Counted from the stretch's first letter, positions 1 through 13,022 are shown. The stretch is DNA of 64,000 bases from Octopus sinensis (GCF_006345805.1 NC_043000.1:73408001-73472000), one strand, 5' to 3'. The notes: generated by a model not told the origin, from the letters alone. Program-made: numbers and translations.

Positions 1-734
1 AACGGGTCATAATGCTAGTTTATTTATAAAATTATTCTAAGTTTTATATCTCTATAAATTCATACATAGCTTATATAGAATTATACTGATATATTCACTA
101 CTTATAAAAAAACTGCTTAGATTAAAATTTTATTAATATATAATTAGCATGTTCTATTACCTCAATACTCCTTTATTAATACCAGTAAATATCATTTAAT
201 CAATATTCACAAATACCATCTGATGAGCTAGTATTTAAGTATACAATATGTAGAAATATTAAACTATTTCTATATAATTTCTTTTCCTCTCTCTATTGTA
301 GTAAAAGTTTGGGATCTTTTCCTTTTGAACGGCACTTTTTAACATAATTTCTAGGTAACTAAAAAGTTTTAAACTTCGTATACTGGTAGAATGTGTTTAT
401 AAAACATCATTTTCTCTTGGTTTTATTGAGAAATTTCTATAGTTTGCAAGATATTTCGTCTGAAATTTCGAGCATTTCGGCTATTTTAACCAATCGATTA
501 CCTCCATTGAGCTAAAATCATTTGCTGCGTCTAAAACTGAAACATCCTGTCACTAACCCTAACCCTAAATTTTTTTTTCTTCTTTGTTAAATTAATTTAA
601 TTGTTACGCACATGCGTAACAATTAAATTAATTTAACAAATAAGAAAAAAAAATTAGGGTTAGGGTGAGGTTTAGGGTTAGTGACAGGATGTTGTCTCAG
701 TTTTAGACGCAGCAAATTATTTTAGCTCAATTGA

Positions 735-1119
735 GGAAGCACTCCGACGGTTACGACGACGAGGGTTCCGGTTGATTTGAATCAACGGAACAGCCTGCTC
801 GTGAAATTAACGTGTAAGTGGCTGAACACTCCACAGACACGTGCACCCTTAACGTAGTTCTCGGGGATATTCAGCGTGACACAGAGAGTGACAAGGCCGG
901 CCCCTTGAAATACAGGTACAACAGAAACAGGAAGTAAGAGTGAGAGAAAGTTGTGGTGAAAGAGTACAGCAGGGATCACCACCATCCCCTGCCAGAGCCG
1001 CGTGGAGCTTTTAGGTGTTTTTGCTCAATAAACACTCACAACGCCCGGCCTGGGAATCGAAACCGCGATCCTATGACAGCGAGTCCGCTGCCCTAACCAC
1101 TGGGCCATTGCGCCTCCAC
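735..1119 (-). mobile_element. tRNA-derived SINE
   Basis: The minus strand begins GTGGAGGCGCAATGGCCCAGTGGTTAGGGC...GGTTTCGATTCCC (A and B boxes). Its 3' half is shared with the SINE at 31718. CTCAATT flanks both sides. Confidence 0.85.
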
Positions 1120-1206
1120 ACTCAATTAGCTCAATTAGAGGCGATTCATTGGTTAAAATTCCAAAAATTAAACTACGTTAAACAAACGAATTACAATTTT
1201 ATCAAG

Positions 1207-4200
1207 AAAGTAATTGAGGTAATCAGAGTATGCGATAGAATACTTAAGATTAGATTAGCGCTTCATCATAGTTTAGCAACCATTATATCAGCCTATGCTC
1301 CTCAGTCGGGGCTACCTGATGGACAGAAAGACTGATTCTATGACACTCTACTGCAGACTACCTCGTTGACGGACGACAGAGACCTTCTCTTTGTGGCTGG
1401 TGACTTCAATGGTCACGTTGGACGACATGCTGGGGGCTTCCATGGCATACATGGAGGCTATGGCTTTGGTTCCCGCAACGAGGAGGGAACCAGGCTGCTG
1501 GAGTTCTGCGATGCAAATAATCTTATGATTTTCAACACTAACTTCAGGAAACCTACCAGCCACCTAGTCACCTACCGATCGGGCCAACATACCAGCCAAA
1601 TTGACTACATCCTTGCCAGGCAAAGGGAGAGATGGCTACTTATAAATGCCAAAACCTTCCCAGGCGAAGAATGTACCCCACAACATAGACTGGTAGTTAG
1701 TGACTTTAGGATCAGGACTAGGAGGACAACCAGAAGACGACCAACATGGAGAAGAAGGATCTGGAAGCTTAAAGATCCTGCGAATGGACAGAGATTTAGA
1801 GACATGCTACTTGAAGCCTTTGACGAAGTAGAAGGGGATAGAGTATCACATGGGGTAGAGGGCAACTGGACGTTTCTAAGGGACAACCTGCTGAGAGCCA
1901 CTGACCAGATCTGTGGCTGGTGCAAAATCCCCTCTCGTCCCAAGGTAACGTGGTGGTGGAACAGTGTTGTAGACAGGGTTATTAGAGAAAAGAGACAGAC
2001 TTGGAAGCACTGGAAGAATGGTGGTAGCAGGGAATTGTATCAAGCTGCTAAAAGGGAAGCCAGGAAACAGGTCTATCTAGCCAGAGGGGAAGCAGATAAG
2101 AAAAAATTTGCCAATGTTCTGCGCTGTGAGGACCAAAGACTGGAGGTGTTTCGCGTTGCAAGACAGTGTGTGAGAGAGAATTGTGATGTGGTAGGAGAGA
2201 AGTGTGTTCACATGGAAAATGGTTTACTTGCGCTAAACGAGGATGCAAAGAGAGAGGCTTGGAGACGCCACTATGAAAGGTTGCTGAATAAAGAAAATGA
2301 ATGGGATAAAGAGAGTCTGCCGAACGTTGACCCAACAGAGGGACCAGCTATCAGGGTTGATAGTTCCTTGGTAGCTAAGGCAATTAGAAGCATGAAGACA
2401 GGGAAAGCCCCAGGCCCATCAGGTATCACTGCAGAGATGCTCAAAATATCTGGTAGTGTCGGCTATAGCCTAGTCACCTGTATAGTTAATCAGGTGATAC
2501 ATGAAGGAGTCATACCCAATGACTGGTGTAGCAGCATAATAGTCAACTGCTACAAAGGTAAAGGTGACGCCCTAGATACAAATAATTACAGAGGTATCAA
2601 GCTGTTGGATCAGGTGATGAAGGTTACAGAGAGGGTCATAAGCCAACTAATTAGAGAGAGAGTTAGTTTAGATGAGATGCAGTTTGGGTTCGTGCCAGGG
2701 AAAAGTACCACTGATGCTATATTCCTGGTAAGGGAGCTGCAGGAGAAATACCTAGCCAAAGATAAGCCCCTGTACCTGGCTTTTGTTGACACGGAGAAAG
2801 CCTTCGACAGGGTACCCCGATCCCTCATCTGGTGGTCAATGAGGAAACTAGGAATAGATGAATGGTTAGTGAGAGCTGTGCAAGCCATGTACAGGGACGC
2901 TGCTAGTAAGGTGAGGGTTGGCAACGAGTACAGTGAAGAATTCCGGGTAGAGGTAGGGGTCCACCAAGGCTCAGTCCTCAGCCCCCTCCTATTTATCATA
3001 GTCCTCCAGGCAATAACAGAGGAATTCAAGACAGGATGCCTTTGGGAGCTCCTCTATGCTGATGACCTTGCTCTAATTGCTGAGTCACTATCAGAACTGG
3101 AGAAGAAGTTTCAGGTGTGGAAGTAAGGTTTAGAATCGAAGGGCCTTAGAGTCAATCTAGCTAAAACCAAAGTCGTAATAAGTAGGAAGGTAGACAAATC
3201 ACAAACGCCTTCAGGTAGATGGCCCTGCTCGATCTGTAGAAAAGGTGTAAGTAGAAACTCTATAAGATGCACCAAGTGTAAGCTATGGACACATAAGAGG
3301 TGCAGCAATGTCATAGGAAGGCTAACTAGGAAGATGGTTTTTGTATGTGGCAGATGCTCGGGAGCATTAACCTCTGAAAATCTGCAGAAAACAACTTCCG
3401 TCACTTTCCAGGGGGAAAAACTAGAAGTAGTTGATAGCTTCCGTTATCTTGGTGACCAAGTCAGTAGTGGGGGTGGGTGTGCTGAAAGTGTAATGGCTAG
3501 AGTAAGAATAGCCTGGGCAAAGTTTAGGGAGCTCTTACCCCTGTTGGTGACCAAAGGCCTCTCGCTCAGAGTAAAAGGCAGACTGTATGATGCATGTGTA
3601 CGAACAGCCATGCTACGTGGCAGTGAAACATGGGCCGTGACTGCTGAGCACATGCTTAAGCTCGCGAGAAATGAAGCCAGTATGCTCTGATGGATGTGTA
3701 ATGTCAGTGTGCATGCTCGACAGAACGTTAGTACCCTGAGAGAAATGTTGGACCTAAGGAGCATCAGTTGTGGTGTGCAAGAGAGACGATTGCGCTGGTA
3801 TGGTCATGTGGCGAGAATGGATGAAGATTGGTGTGTGAAAAAGTGCCAATCCCTAACAGTGGAGGGAACCCGTGGAAGAGGTAGACCCAGGAAAACTTGG
3901 GACGAGGTGGTGAAGCACGACCTTTGAACTTTAGGTCTCACTGAGGAAATGACCAGCGACCGAGACCTTTGGAAATATGCTGTGCGTGAAAAGACCAGGC
4001 AGGACAAGTGAGTCCAGCCCACTTATGCATGCCTTTCCTCCCTTGGACACACAATGACCTGTTGAGGCAAGCGAAGTCGATATCGAACCTCATCCGACGA
4101 CAGGCACCTATGCCTACCCCCCTTTGCTTGCGAAGACCTGTTGAGGCAAGTGAAATCGGAATCGAAATTGAACCAATCCTATGACTGGTACCCGGCAGAT

Positions 4201-4604
4201 GCCAGGACCCCTGGACTGGAGATACATAAAAAGCACTATCCGAATCGTGGCTGATGCCAGTGCCGCTTGACTGGCTTCCGTGTCGGTGGCACATAAAAAG
4301 CACCATCCGAATTGTGGCCGAAGCCAGTGCCGCCTCGACTGGCTTCCGTGCAGGTGGCACGTAAAATGCACCAATCCGACCGTGGCCGATGCCAGCCTCG
4401 CCTGGCACCAGTGCAGGTGACACGTAAAAAGCACCCACTACACTCACAGAGTGTGTGGCGTTAGGAAGGGCATCCAGCTGTAGAAACATTGCCAGATAAG
4501 ACCGGAGCCTGGTGCAGCCTTCTGGCTTCCCAGATCCTCGGTCGAACCGTTCAACCCATGCTAGCATGGAGAACGGACGTTAAACGATGATGATGATGAT
4601 GATG
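1207..4604 (+). mobile_element. RTE-clade LINE, 5'-truncated, with three premature stops
   Basis: ORF 1366-3126 has APE motifs (GDFNGH, SQIDY, PQHRLV) and RT motifs (NYRGIKLL, QFGF, GVHQGSVLSPLLF, YADD). It continues in frame past stops at 3124, 3688 and 3925. The 3' UTR has ~60-bp repeats and a (GAT)n tail. GAAAG occurs at both junctions. Confidence 0.95.
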
Positions 4605-5189
4605 AAAGCCAAGAGAAAAAATGTTTTATTTTGACACATTCTACCAGTATACAAAGTTTTATTGTGTTTAGTTAACTAGAAATTGTGTGCCGTTCAAAAG
4701 GAAAAGATCCTAGATAATTACAAAAAATAGACATTTATAACTCCAATCATATTTTATACCATCGAGATGCATTTATACTCACATACATAGCCACGCATAC
4801 GTAAATAAATATACATACGTTGCACATCGTAAACGTACATCCAATGAAATACATATAAATATACGTATACATTAATTCTCATATAGAGAAGCATACATGC
4901 ATCCATGTGAATGTACATACTAACGCATACCGTCAATTAATATATACATATAGTCCCTCTTACAATCTACATATACGGACATGTATATGCATTCAAACAT
5001 ACATACATATACACTTATCCGTCACACCTATGTTCATACACATACATTCCTACATCAATAATATACAGATGCCTACAAAATTAACTCTATTAATAAGTAT
5101 GTCTCCAATTAGACATGGATAGATAATTACAAAGATCAAACATTAGTAGCTCCAATCAAATTTTATACTATAGAAATAATTTGTACTCA

Positions 5190-5718
5190 CATCCGCTCGT
5201 GTCCGTAGCCAGCCTCGCCTGGCCCCTGTGCCGGTGGCACGTAAAAGCACCATCCATTCGTGTCCGTTGCCAGCCTCGCCTGGCCCCTGTGCTGGTGGCA
5301 CGTAAAAGCACAATCCGCTCGTGTCTGTAGCCAGCCTCGCCTGGCCCCTGTGCTGGTGGCACGTAAAAGCACCATCCACTCGTGTCCGTAGCTAGCCTCA
5401 CCTGGCCCCCGTGCCGGTGGCACGTAAAAGCACCATCTGTTCGTGTCCGTTGCCAGCCTCACCTGGCCCCCGTGCCGGTGGCATGTAAAAGCACCATCCG
5501 TTCGTGACTGTTTGCCAGCTCGTCTGGCACCTGTGCGGGAGGCACGTAAAAAGCACCTACGACACTCACGGAGTGGTTGGCGTTAGGAAGAGCATCCAGC
5601 CGTAGAAACACTGCCAGATCTGACTGGGCCTGATGAAGCCTTCTGGCTTCAGAGACCCCAGTTGAACCGTCCAACCCATGCTAGCATGGAAAGCGGACGC
5701 TAAATGATGATGATGATA
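5190..5718 (+). mobile_element. RTE 3' end with a tandem ~59-bp array
   Basis: About six units of GCCAGCCTCGCCTGGC...GGTGGCACGTAAAAGCACC, then the same terminal segment and (GAT)n tail as at 4440-4604. Confidence 0.9.
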
Positions 5719-5775
5719 CCTACCTATGCAAACGTAAAAAAATATATATACGTTACAGACTATAAACATACACCC

Positions 5776-5807
<32 letters not shown>

Positions 5808-6039
5808 CGTATATATCAATTCCCATATACACAAGCATGCAATGGATGCACGTGAAAGTACATAATATAAATTCACTTATACATAGACTAAACAAAAACT
5901 AGTGCATTCATGAAGGCATATATATGCAGACCTGCCTTACACACAGCTTCATATTAAACAATGAATAAATAATCTAGCATTATAATATCCATAAGTTGAT
6001 GAACAAACTAAATTTGTTTCCCCATTTTCTTATTGTATT

Positions 6040-6054
6040 ATATATATGTATATA

Positions 6055-6098
<44 letters not shown>

Positions 6099-6329
6099 AT
6101 GATATATATATATATATATGTATGTATATATGATATATATATATGTATGTATGTATATATGATATATATATATATATATGTATGTATGTATATATGATAT
6201 ATATATATATATATGTATGTATATATGATAATATATATATATATGTATGTATGTATATATGATATATATATATATATGTATGTATGTATATATGATATAT
6301 ATATATATATATGTATGTATGTATATATG

Positions 6330-6361
<32 letters not shown>

Positions 6362-6607
6362 ATATGATATATATATATATATATGTATGTATGTATATAT
6401 GATATATATATATATATATGTATGTATGTATGTATATATGATATATATATATATGTATGTATGTACATATGATATATATATATATATATGTATGTATATA
6501 TGATATATATATATATATATGTATGTATGTATATATGATATATATATATATATATGTATGTATGTATATATGATATATATATATATATATGTATGTATGT
6601 ATATATG

Positions 6608-6639
<32 letters not shown>

Positions 6640-6930
6640 ATATGATATATATATATATATATATGTATGTATATATGAATATATATATATATATATGTAT
6701 GTATATATGATATATATATATATGTATATATGATATTATATATATATATGTATATATGATATATATATATGTATATATGTATATATGATATATATATATG
6801 TATATATGATATATATATATATATGTATATATGTATATATGATATTATATATATATGTATATATGTATATATGATATATATATATATATAATATATATAT
6901 TTATATATGATATATATGTATATATGATAT

Positions 6931-6961
<31 letters not shown>

Positions 6962-7018
6962 GTATATATGATATATATGTATATATGATATATATATATA
7001 TATATATGTATTATATAT
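6040..7018. repeat. Compound (AT)n/(ATGT)n microsatellite with ~30-35-bp periodicity
   Basis: Recurring GATATATATATATATATGTATGTATGTATATAT-type units. Confidence 0.95.
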
Positions 7019-7249
7019 AACTGAATCAAGTTATCTCCTGCAAGAAAGAAAAAAGAAGCATCTCTCCTGAAAAAAATCCCGTAAACCAAAAAAAATAATC
7101 CAGACCACATTGTTGGATTAAGTATCAATTTCATCTATTTCATATTTTATTTATTATTCTATTTTATCTTTCACTTAGGCCCACATCTTAGTTAAAGTTG
7201 CGATCGTCATTTTGTTTGTTTACATTTACAATATCTGTTCTCGATATAA

Positions 7250-8665
7250 TAATTTTCCAGATACTCTATCTTCTAATTAGCCTTAAGATTAAATTAAATA
7301 ACGTTTAATATTGATACCGTCAAATTAGCCTTAGGATTAAATTAAATAACGTTTAATATTGTTTAATATTGTTAATAATTATTGTTAATTAGCCTTAGGA
7401 TTAAATTAAATAACGTTTAATATTGTTTTAATATTGTTAATAATTATTGTTAATTAGCCTTAAGATTAAATTAAATAACGTTTAATATTGTTAATAATTA
7501 TTGTTAATTAGCCTTAGGATTGAATTAAATAACGTTTAATATTGTTTAATATTGTTAATAATTATTGTTAATTAGCCTTAAGATTAAATTAAATAACGTT
7601 TAATATTGTTTTAATATTGTTAATAATTTTTCAGATACTCTATCTTCTAATTAGCCTTAAGATTAAATTAAATAACGTTTAATATTGTTTAATATTGTTA
7701 ATAATTATTGTTAATTAGCCTTAGGATTAAATTAAATAACGTTTAATATTGTTTAATATTGTTAATAATTACTGTTAATTAGCCTTAAGATTAAATTAAA
7801 TAACGTTTAATATTGTTTAATATTGTTAATTAGCCTTAGGATTAAATTAAATAACATTTAATATTGTTTAATATTGTTAATAATTATTGTTAATTAGCCT
7901 TAAGATTAAATTAAATAACGTTTAATATTGTTTTAATATTGTTAATAATTCTTCAGATACTCTATCTTCTAATTAGCCTTAAGATTAAATTAAATAACGT
8001 TTAATATTACCCACACTCTAATATAATATTAACATTGCTAATATATTTTCAGATACTCTATCTCCTAATTAGCCTTAAGATTAAATAACGTTTTTACCCA
8101 CACTCTAATATAATATTAATATTGCTAATATATTTTCAGATACTCTATCTTCTAATTAGCCTTAAGATTAAATTAAATAACGTTTAATATTAATAACGTC
8201 TAATTAGCCTTAAGATTAAATTAAATAACGGTTAATATTGCTTAATATTGTATATATAATTTTTCAGATACCCTGTCTTCTAATTAGCCTTAAGATTAAA
8301 TTAAATAACGTTTAATATTACCCACACTCTAATATATATTAATATTGCTAATATATTTCAGATACTCTATCTCCAAATTAGCCTTAAGATTAAATAACGT
8401 TTTTTTTTACCCACACTCTAATATAATATTAATATTGCTAATATATTTTCAGATACTCTATCTCCTAATTAGCCTTAAGATTAAACAACGTTTTTATCCA
8501 CACTCTAATATAATATTAATATTGCTAATACATTTTCAGATACTCTATCCCCTAATTAGCCTTAAGATTAAATAACGTTTTTACCCAAATAACGTTTTTA
8601 CACAAACTTTAATATTGTTAATATTTCTTTTTCAAGTACTCTATCTTCTAATTAGCCTTAATATC
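7250..8665. repeat. AT-rich tandem array, ~20 copies of the core AATTAGCCTTA(A/G)GATTAAA
   Basis: Cores counted by eye. Units are ~50-80 bp in the 5' half and ~87-95 bp in the 3' half. Confidence 0.9.
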
Positions 8666-8722
8666 TTCCTGTCTTCTCTCGAACATAATTAGATAGATAA
8701 ACGGATAGACGGATTATCCAGC

Positions 8723-9633
8723 ATGTCCAGAGCATGGAGACCTGACGAGCTGGATTTATTCGTACAAGCATGGGAGTGCGCCGGCGGAGATAGCCCTAGC
8801 GAGGTGATTGCGGCTGCGCTGAAGAGCAGAGGCTACAAGAGGACAGCGGCTCAGATGGAGCGAAAGAGACGGGAATTTGTGCGCTCATATGCGCTTGTAC
8901 TGTCGCACATTGGCGCACTTGATGCCATCTTTGAGAACGAGCGGGGCAAAGATGGCAAGAATGGAGACGATGAAAGAAGTCACCCCCACCTGGTGGACGC
9001 CCGGGAGGAGGTTTTGAATGAGAAACCTGCCCGGGAAGTGAACCCAGGTGCAAGTTCTCCAACCGGCAGCAAGGGCCATGGAGACGGAGAACCCGGTGAA
9101 GAGGTAGAGGGAGGAAGAAGAACTAAAAGAAGGACTGGAAGAGCTAAAGGAAAAGAAAAAGCTCAAGCAGGACCAAAGAGTGAAACAACCAGGAATAGAA
9201 GTGGAACCGCAAAGGATGGAACCAAACAGCGCACACGGTGTGTATGTTCTACCTGAGAGGTTCCTGCTGGCATGGAAAGGAAGGTGCAGGCTGCCGCTTT
9301 GCACATCGGGGACCCTGCCACAGAGACACGAGGCAGATGGACAAACCATCAACACAAAGAAAAGGGATGGACCACGCACCACCTGCCCCAGAGCGGAGGT
9401 ACGCAGATGTTGTGCGCGCCACAAACAGCCAACATGATGTTGTCGAAAGAGCAGCTGCTGAGCAACAATCTTTTTTGTGCATGGCACAAAAGATTGTACA
9501 GCAGCTGACCTGGCTTCATCAAACCAAAGCCCGCAGGTGGGACTACCCACTATATACCAGACCACCACAGCAAACAGACACAGGATGGACACCGCCGGCA
9601 ACAACGTACACCTCACCTCGATACTCCTACTGA
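8723..9633 (+). pseudogene. LINE ORF1 (Myb/SANT-like N-terminus, basic linker, CCCH finger), frameshifted near 9200-9240
   Basis: MSRAWRPDELDLFVQAW...IAAALKSRGYKRTAAQMERK in frame 2. CMFYLRGSCWHGKEGAGCRFAH (C-x7-C-x8-C-x3-H) in frame 1. The end overlaps the start of ORF2. Confidence 0.65.
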
Positions 9634-12600
9634 ACATCAGAGGACTGCAAACACTCAGTAACAGGACAAAGATCCCGTTCCTGAGAGACTTTGTTGCATA
9701 CAATCAAGCCTTATGCATAGCACTTACAGAAACGCACCTGAAACCGGACATAGCAGATGCGGAGTTACACATACCACAGTATGCTGGACTACGGACCGAC
9801 AGGAAAGAAAGGAGTCACGGAGGTGTTGCTATGTACATCCGTGAGGACCTCACACCCCAGGTCCTCTTGTCATACTCAAACTCGGTGTGTGACACACTAA
9901 TTGTACATATTAGGCAACTTGATGTAGTTGTGTGTGCTACATATCGCCCTCCAGATGCCCCAAGCCATGTGGGCAAGTTTGAAGACTGCCTTATAAAAAT
10001 AGAAGAAATTCTAACCACATTAGAACAACACATGGGTGTGCTTCTTATGGGAGACTTCAATCTGCCCAATGTCAGATGGCCCAAGGGCCTTTCTCTCCCA
10101 GGAATGACAAGATGTGAACGAGGACAGGCGAGGTCCCTCCTGAACCTCATCAACACCCTGTACATGGAGCAGGTAATACTCCAACCAACCAGGGCAGGTA
10201 ACACACTGGATCTCTGCTTCACAAATGACATGGATCTCATCCATAATGTGAAAGTGACACCGACACTACTCTCGGATCACAACATGATAGAGCTGACCAT
10301 GTACGGGCCAAAAGAGAGCACGGACATGCAGCCTACAAGAAACCCTCAAAATCTTTCCAGCTTGAACTACCATAAGGCAAACTGGAAACAAGTTGAGAAA
10401 GAGATCCTCAAACAAAACTGGCCTAAATGTCTCTCCTCGCCAGACATCGACGTGAAACTTCAACAATTCATGTCTGTAATGCAAGCCATATGCTACAAAT
10501 GTGTCCCAGAGAGAAAGGCCACTGTACACAAGAACAAAATCCCCAGAGAGAGGAAAATTTTAATGAGACGGCGTACAAAATTTTCAAATCGCCTAAACAA
10601 ACAGATTGAAAGCAGTGAAAAATCCCGCCTAAAAATAAAACTGTTGGAAATCGAAAAATGTCTGCAAATCTCCCATGAAAAAGAAAGAGCAGACAAAGAA
10701 GCCTGGGCTATAGAAAACATAAAATCTAACCCCAGAGCTTTCTACAGGTATGCCAAAGAACAGCTACAGTGCACTGTAGAATAGGGCCACTCCTGAAAAG
10801 GATGGCACACTTACAGGAAAACCAATGAGGGTAAGTGAAATACTGAATGAGCAATTCAAGAGTGTTTTCACTCCACCCCTTGGGCATCTCCAAATCACCA
10901 ATCCAACTGACTTTTTTTACCACTGCAGATATAAAATCAGAGGCAGCGACGATAGATTACATCGATATAAAGGAAGACGATGTAACCAAGGCTATAGATG
11001 AAATGAAAACAGACTCAGCTACTGGCCCCGATGGATTCCCGGCAATCCTCCTAAAAGCATGTAAGAGAGTCCTAGCAAGACCACTGCAGTTCCTCTTTCA
11101 GAGCTTCCTTGCAGCTGGCAACTTCCAGGAAAACTGAAGGAAGGTAAAATATGCCCCATTCATAAAGGAGGTAGCAGAGCGGAAGCCAAGAACTATAGAC
11201 CTATCTCTCTGACCTCACACATCAGCAAGGTCATGGAACGAATAGTCAGAAGGAGCTGATCACCTTCCTTGAAGAGAATGACTTGCTGCCCGACACCCAA
11301 CATGGTTTCCGACCAGGGAGAAGCTGTTTAACTCAGCTCCTACAACACTATGACTGGGTGCTGAAACGGCTGCTCAACCACTCAAATGTGGAAGTGATAT
11401 ATCTCGACTTTGCAAAGGCCTTGATAAAGTCGATCATGGAATGATATGTCACAAACTGCGTGATCTCAACATAGTTGGAAAACTGGGAGAATGGCTTCAT
11501 GACTTTCTGAAGGATAGAAGTCAGGTGGTAGTAGCCAATGGGGCCACCTCCATTAACACAAAATAGTGAGCGGTGTTCCGCAGGGCACTGTTCTGGGACC
11601 ACTACTGTTCATAATGGCCCTCTCAGACATGCCCTCAGCCACGCAGAGAGCCACGATCACAAGTTATGCAGATGATACAAAAGTTTCACAGGCAATACAG
11701 AACCCTGAGGACACTAAACACCTGCAATGTGAGCTGGACGAAATATACAAGTGGGCTGAAAGAATAGCATGCAGTTCAATGCTGGAAGTTCTCAGCTTTA
11801 TACTATCAGCATGCAAAACTGAATGCAATACCCAATGAATACAGTGGACCCGGAGGGATTGCAATCCCAGAGGCACAATCAGTGCGTGACCTGGGTATTC
11901 ACATGAGTGATGACGCGACCTTTCATGTACATGTTGCTAAACTGACAATGAAATGTAGACGGCTGGCTGGATGGATTCTTAGAACCTTTAGAACAAGAAC
12001 AAGAAACCATGATGGTCCTCTGGAAGACACTTGTCCTAAGCCACTTGACTATTGCTCTCAGCTATGGTCACCATCCAGTGTCAAGTTGATCACAGAACTT
12101 GAGGCGATCCAACGAAGCTACACAAAGAAGAAGCCTCTATGCATAATGTAAGCTACTGGGAAAGACTCAAGAGATTAAAATTATATTCCCTGGAGCGTAG
12201 GCGGGAAAAGATATGCCATAATATATATCTGGAAGATCCTGGAGGGAAGGTTCCTGAACTTTGGCATCGAGAGTTACGCAAATGCCAGAACTGGCGCCCA
12301 CTGCGTGGTGTCCTAGGACTCCAAACCTGCCATCAAGATGTAGGACAAGATTCTGTGATAGCCTGGGCTTCCGAGGCCCACAGCTCTTCAATATCCTCCC
12401 GAAGAACGTGAGAGACCTGCATGGGGTGGATACAGATGTCTTTAAAATGAAAGCTGGATCTCTTCTGTCAGGTGTCCCAGATGAACCAACTTCACGGCAG
12501 GAGGGGCAGATGAGGGCAGCTGCATCGAACTCTCTCATGCACCCAAATAGCAGTTGCTAGAAAGCCTCCATGAAGTGAAACCAAGTAGCAACACCAAATG

Positions 12601-12665
12601 GCGGTCCCCAGCATGGCCACGGCGCATAGGCGGAAACTGGATCAATCAATCAATCAATCAATCAG
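9585..12665 (+). mobile_element. CR1/L2-group LINE ORF2 (APE + RT) with multiple frameshifts and a (TCAA)n 3' tail
   Basis: Motifs ILLLNIRG, ALTETHL, GDFNLP, NTLDL, SDHN, TGPDG, VPQGTVLGPLLF, YADD, LDYCSQLWSP, LKLYSLERRRE. GATCAATCAATCAATCAATCAATC at ~12640-12663. Confidence 0.9.
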
Positions 12666-12685
12666 AAAAATAGAGAGAGGAGATA

Positions 12686-12785
12686 NNNNNNNNNNNNNNN
12701 NNNNNNNNNNNNNNNNNNNNNNNNNNNNNNNNNNNNNNNNNNNNNNNNNNNNNNNNNNNNNNNNNNNNNNNNNNNNNNNNNNNNN
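12686..12785. other. Assembly gap (100 N)
   Basis: Run of N; the true gap size is unknown. Confidence 1.
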
Positions 12786-13022
12786 TCACTACCATGTAGC
12801 ATGGCTGTACGTACACACGCATCATATAGTCTGCCTTTTACTCTTTTGTCACCAGCAGGGGTAAGAGCTCTCTAAACTTTGCCCAGGCTATTCTTACTCT
12901 AGAGCAGTTACACTTTCAGCACACCCACCCCCGCTACTGGACTTGGTCTCCTAGGTAGCGGAAGCTATACTACTTCTAGTTTGTCTCCCTGGAACGTGGG
13001 AGAAGTTGGACTCTGCACATTT
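12786..13022 (-). mobile_element. RTE LINE fragment with many small indels
   Basis: Reverse complement of the RTE region encoding VVDSFRYLGDQVS...RLYDACVRTAMLHG. Confidence 0.85.

Larger units (their letters stand above)
312..4710. mobile_element. Foldback/MITE-like palindromic element (~620 bp when empty), interrupted by a SINE and an RTE LINE
   Basis: Hairpin centred on GTTACGCA-CA-TGCGTAAC (603-620), with TAACCC/TTAGGG repeats in the arms. The left arm 312-480 is the reverse complement of 1130-1210 plus 4604-4710. Confidence 0.8.

Noticed and set aside
215-270. CTGATGAG...GAAAT as a hammerhead ribozyme
   Set aside because: The core is present but stem II and the cleavage site cannot be formed; at best a decayed remnant. 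The same holds for ~20088-20120.
553-682. TAACCC/TTAGGG repeats as a telomere or chromosome-fusion site
   Set aside because: Only 2-4 units per arm, embedded in a palindromic mobile element.
5980-7134. Y/I/H-rich ORFs in the ORF track
   Set aside because: These are translations of AT microsatellites; the same applies at 13262 and 42136.
8723-8900. Functional link between the LINE Myb-like domain and the DMTF1 Myb repeats
   Set aside because: Different Myb subtypes with no visible sequence similarity; the proximity is likely coincidental.
8885-9703. 272-aa minus-strand ORF
   Set aside because: Antisense shadow of the LINE ORF1/ORF2 with no recognisable motif.
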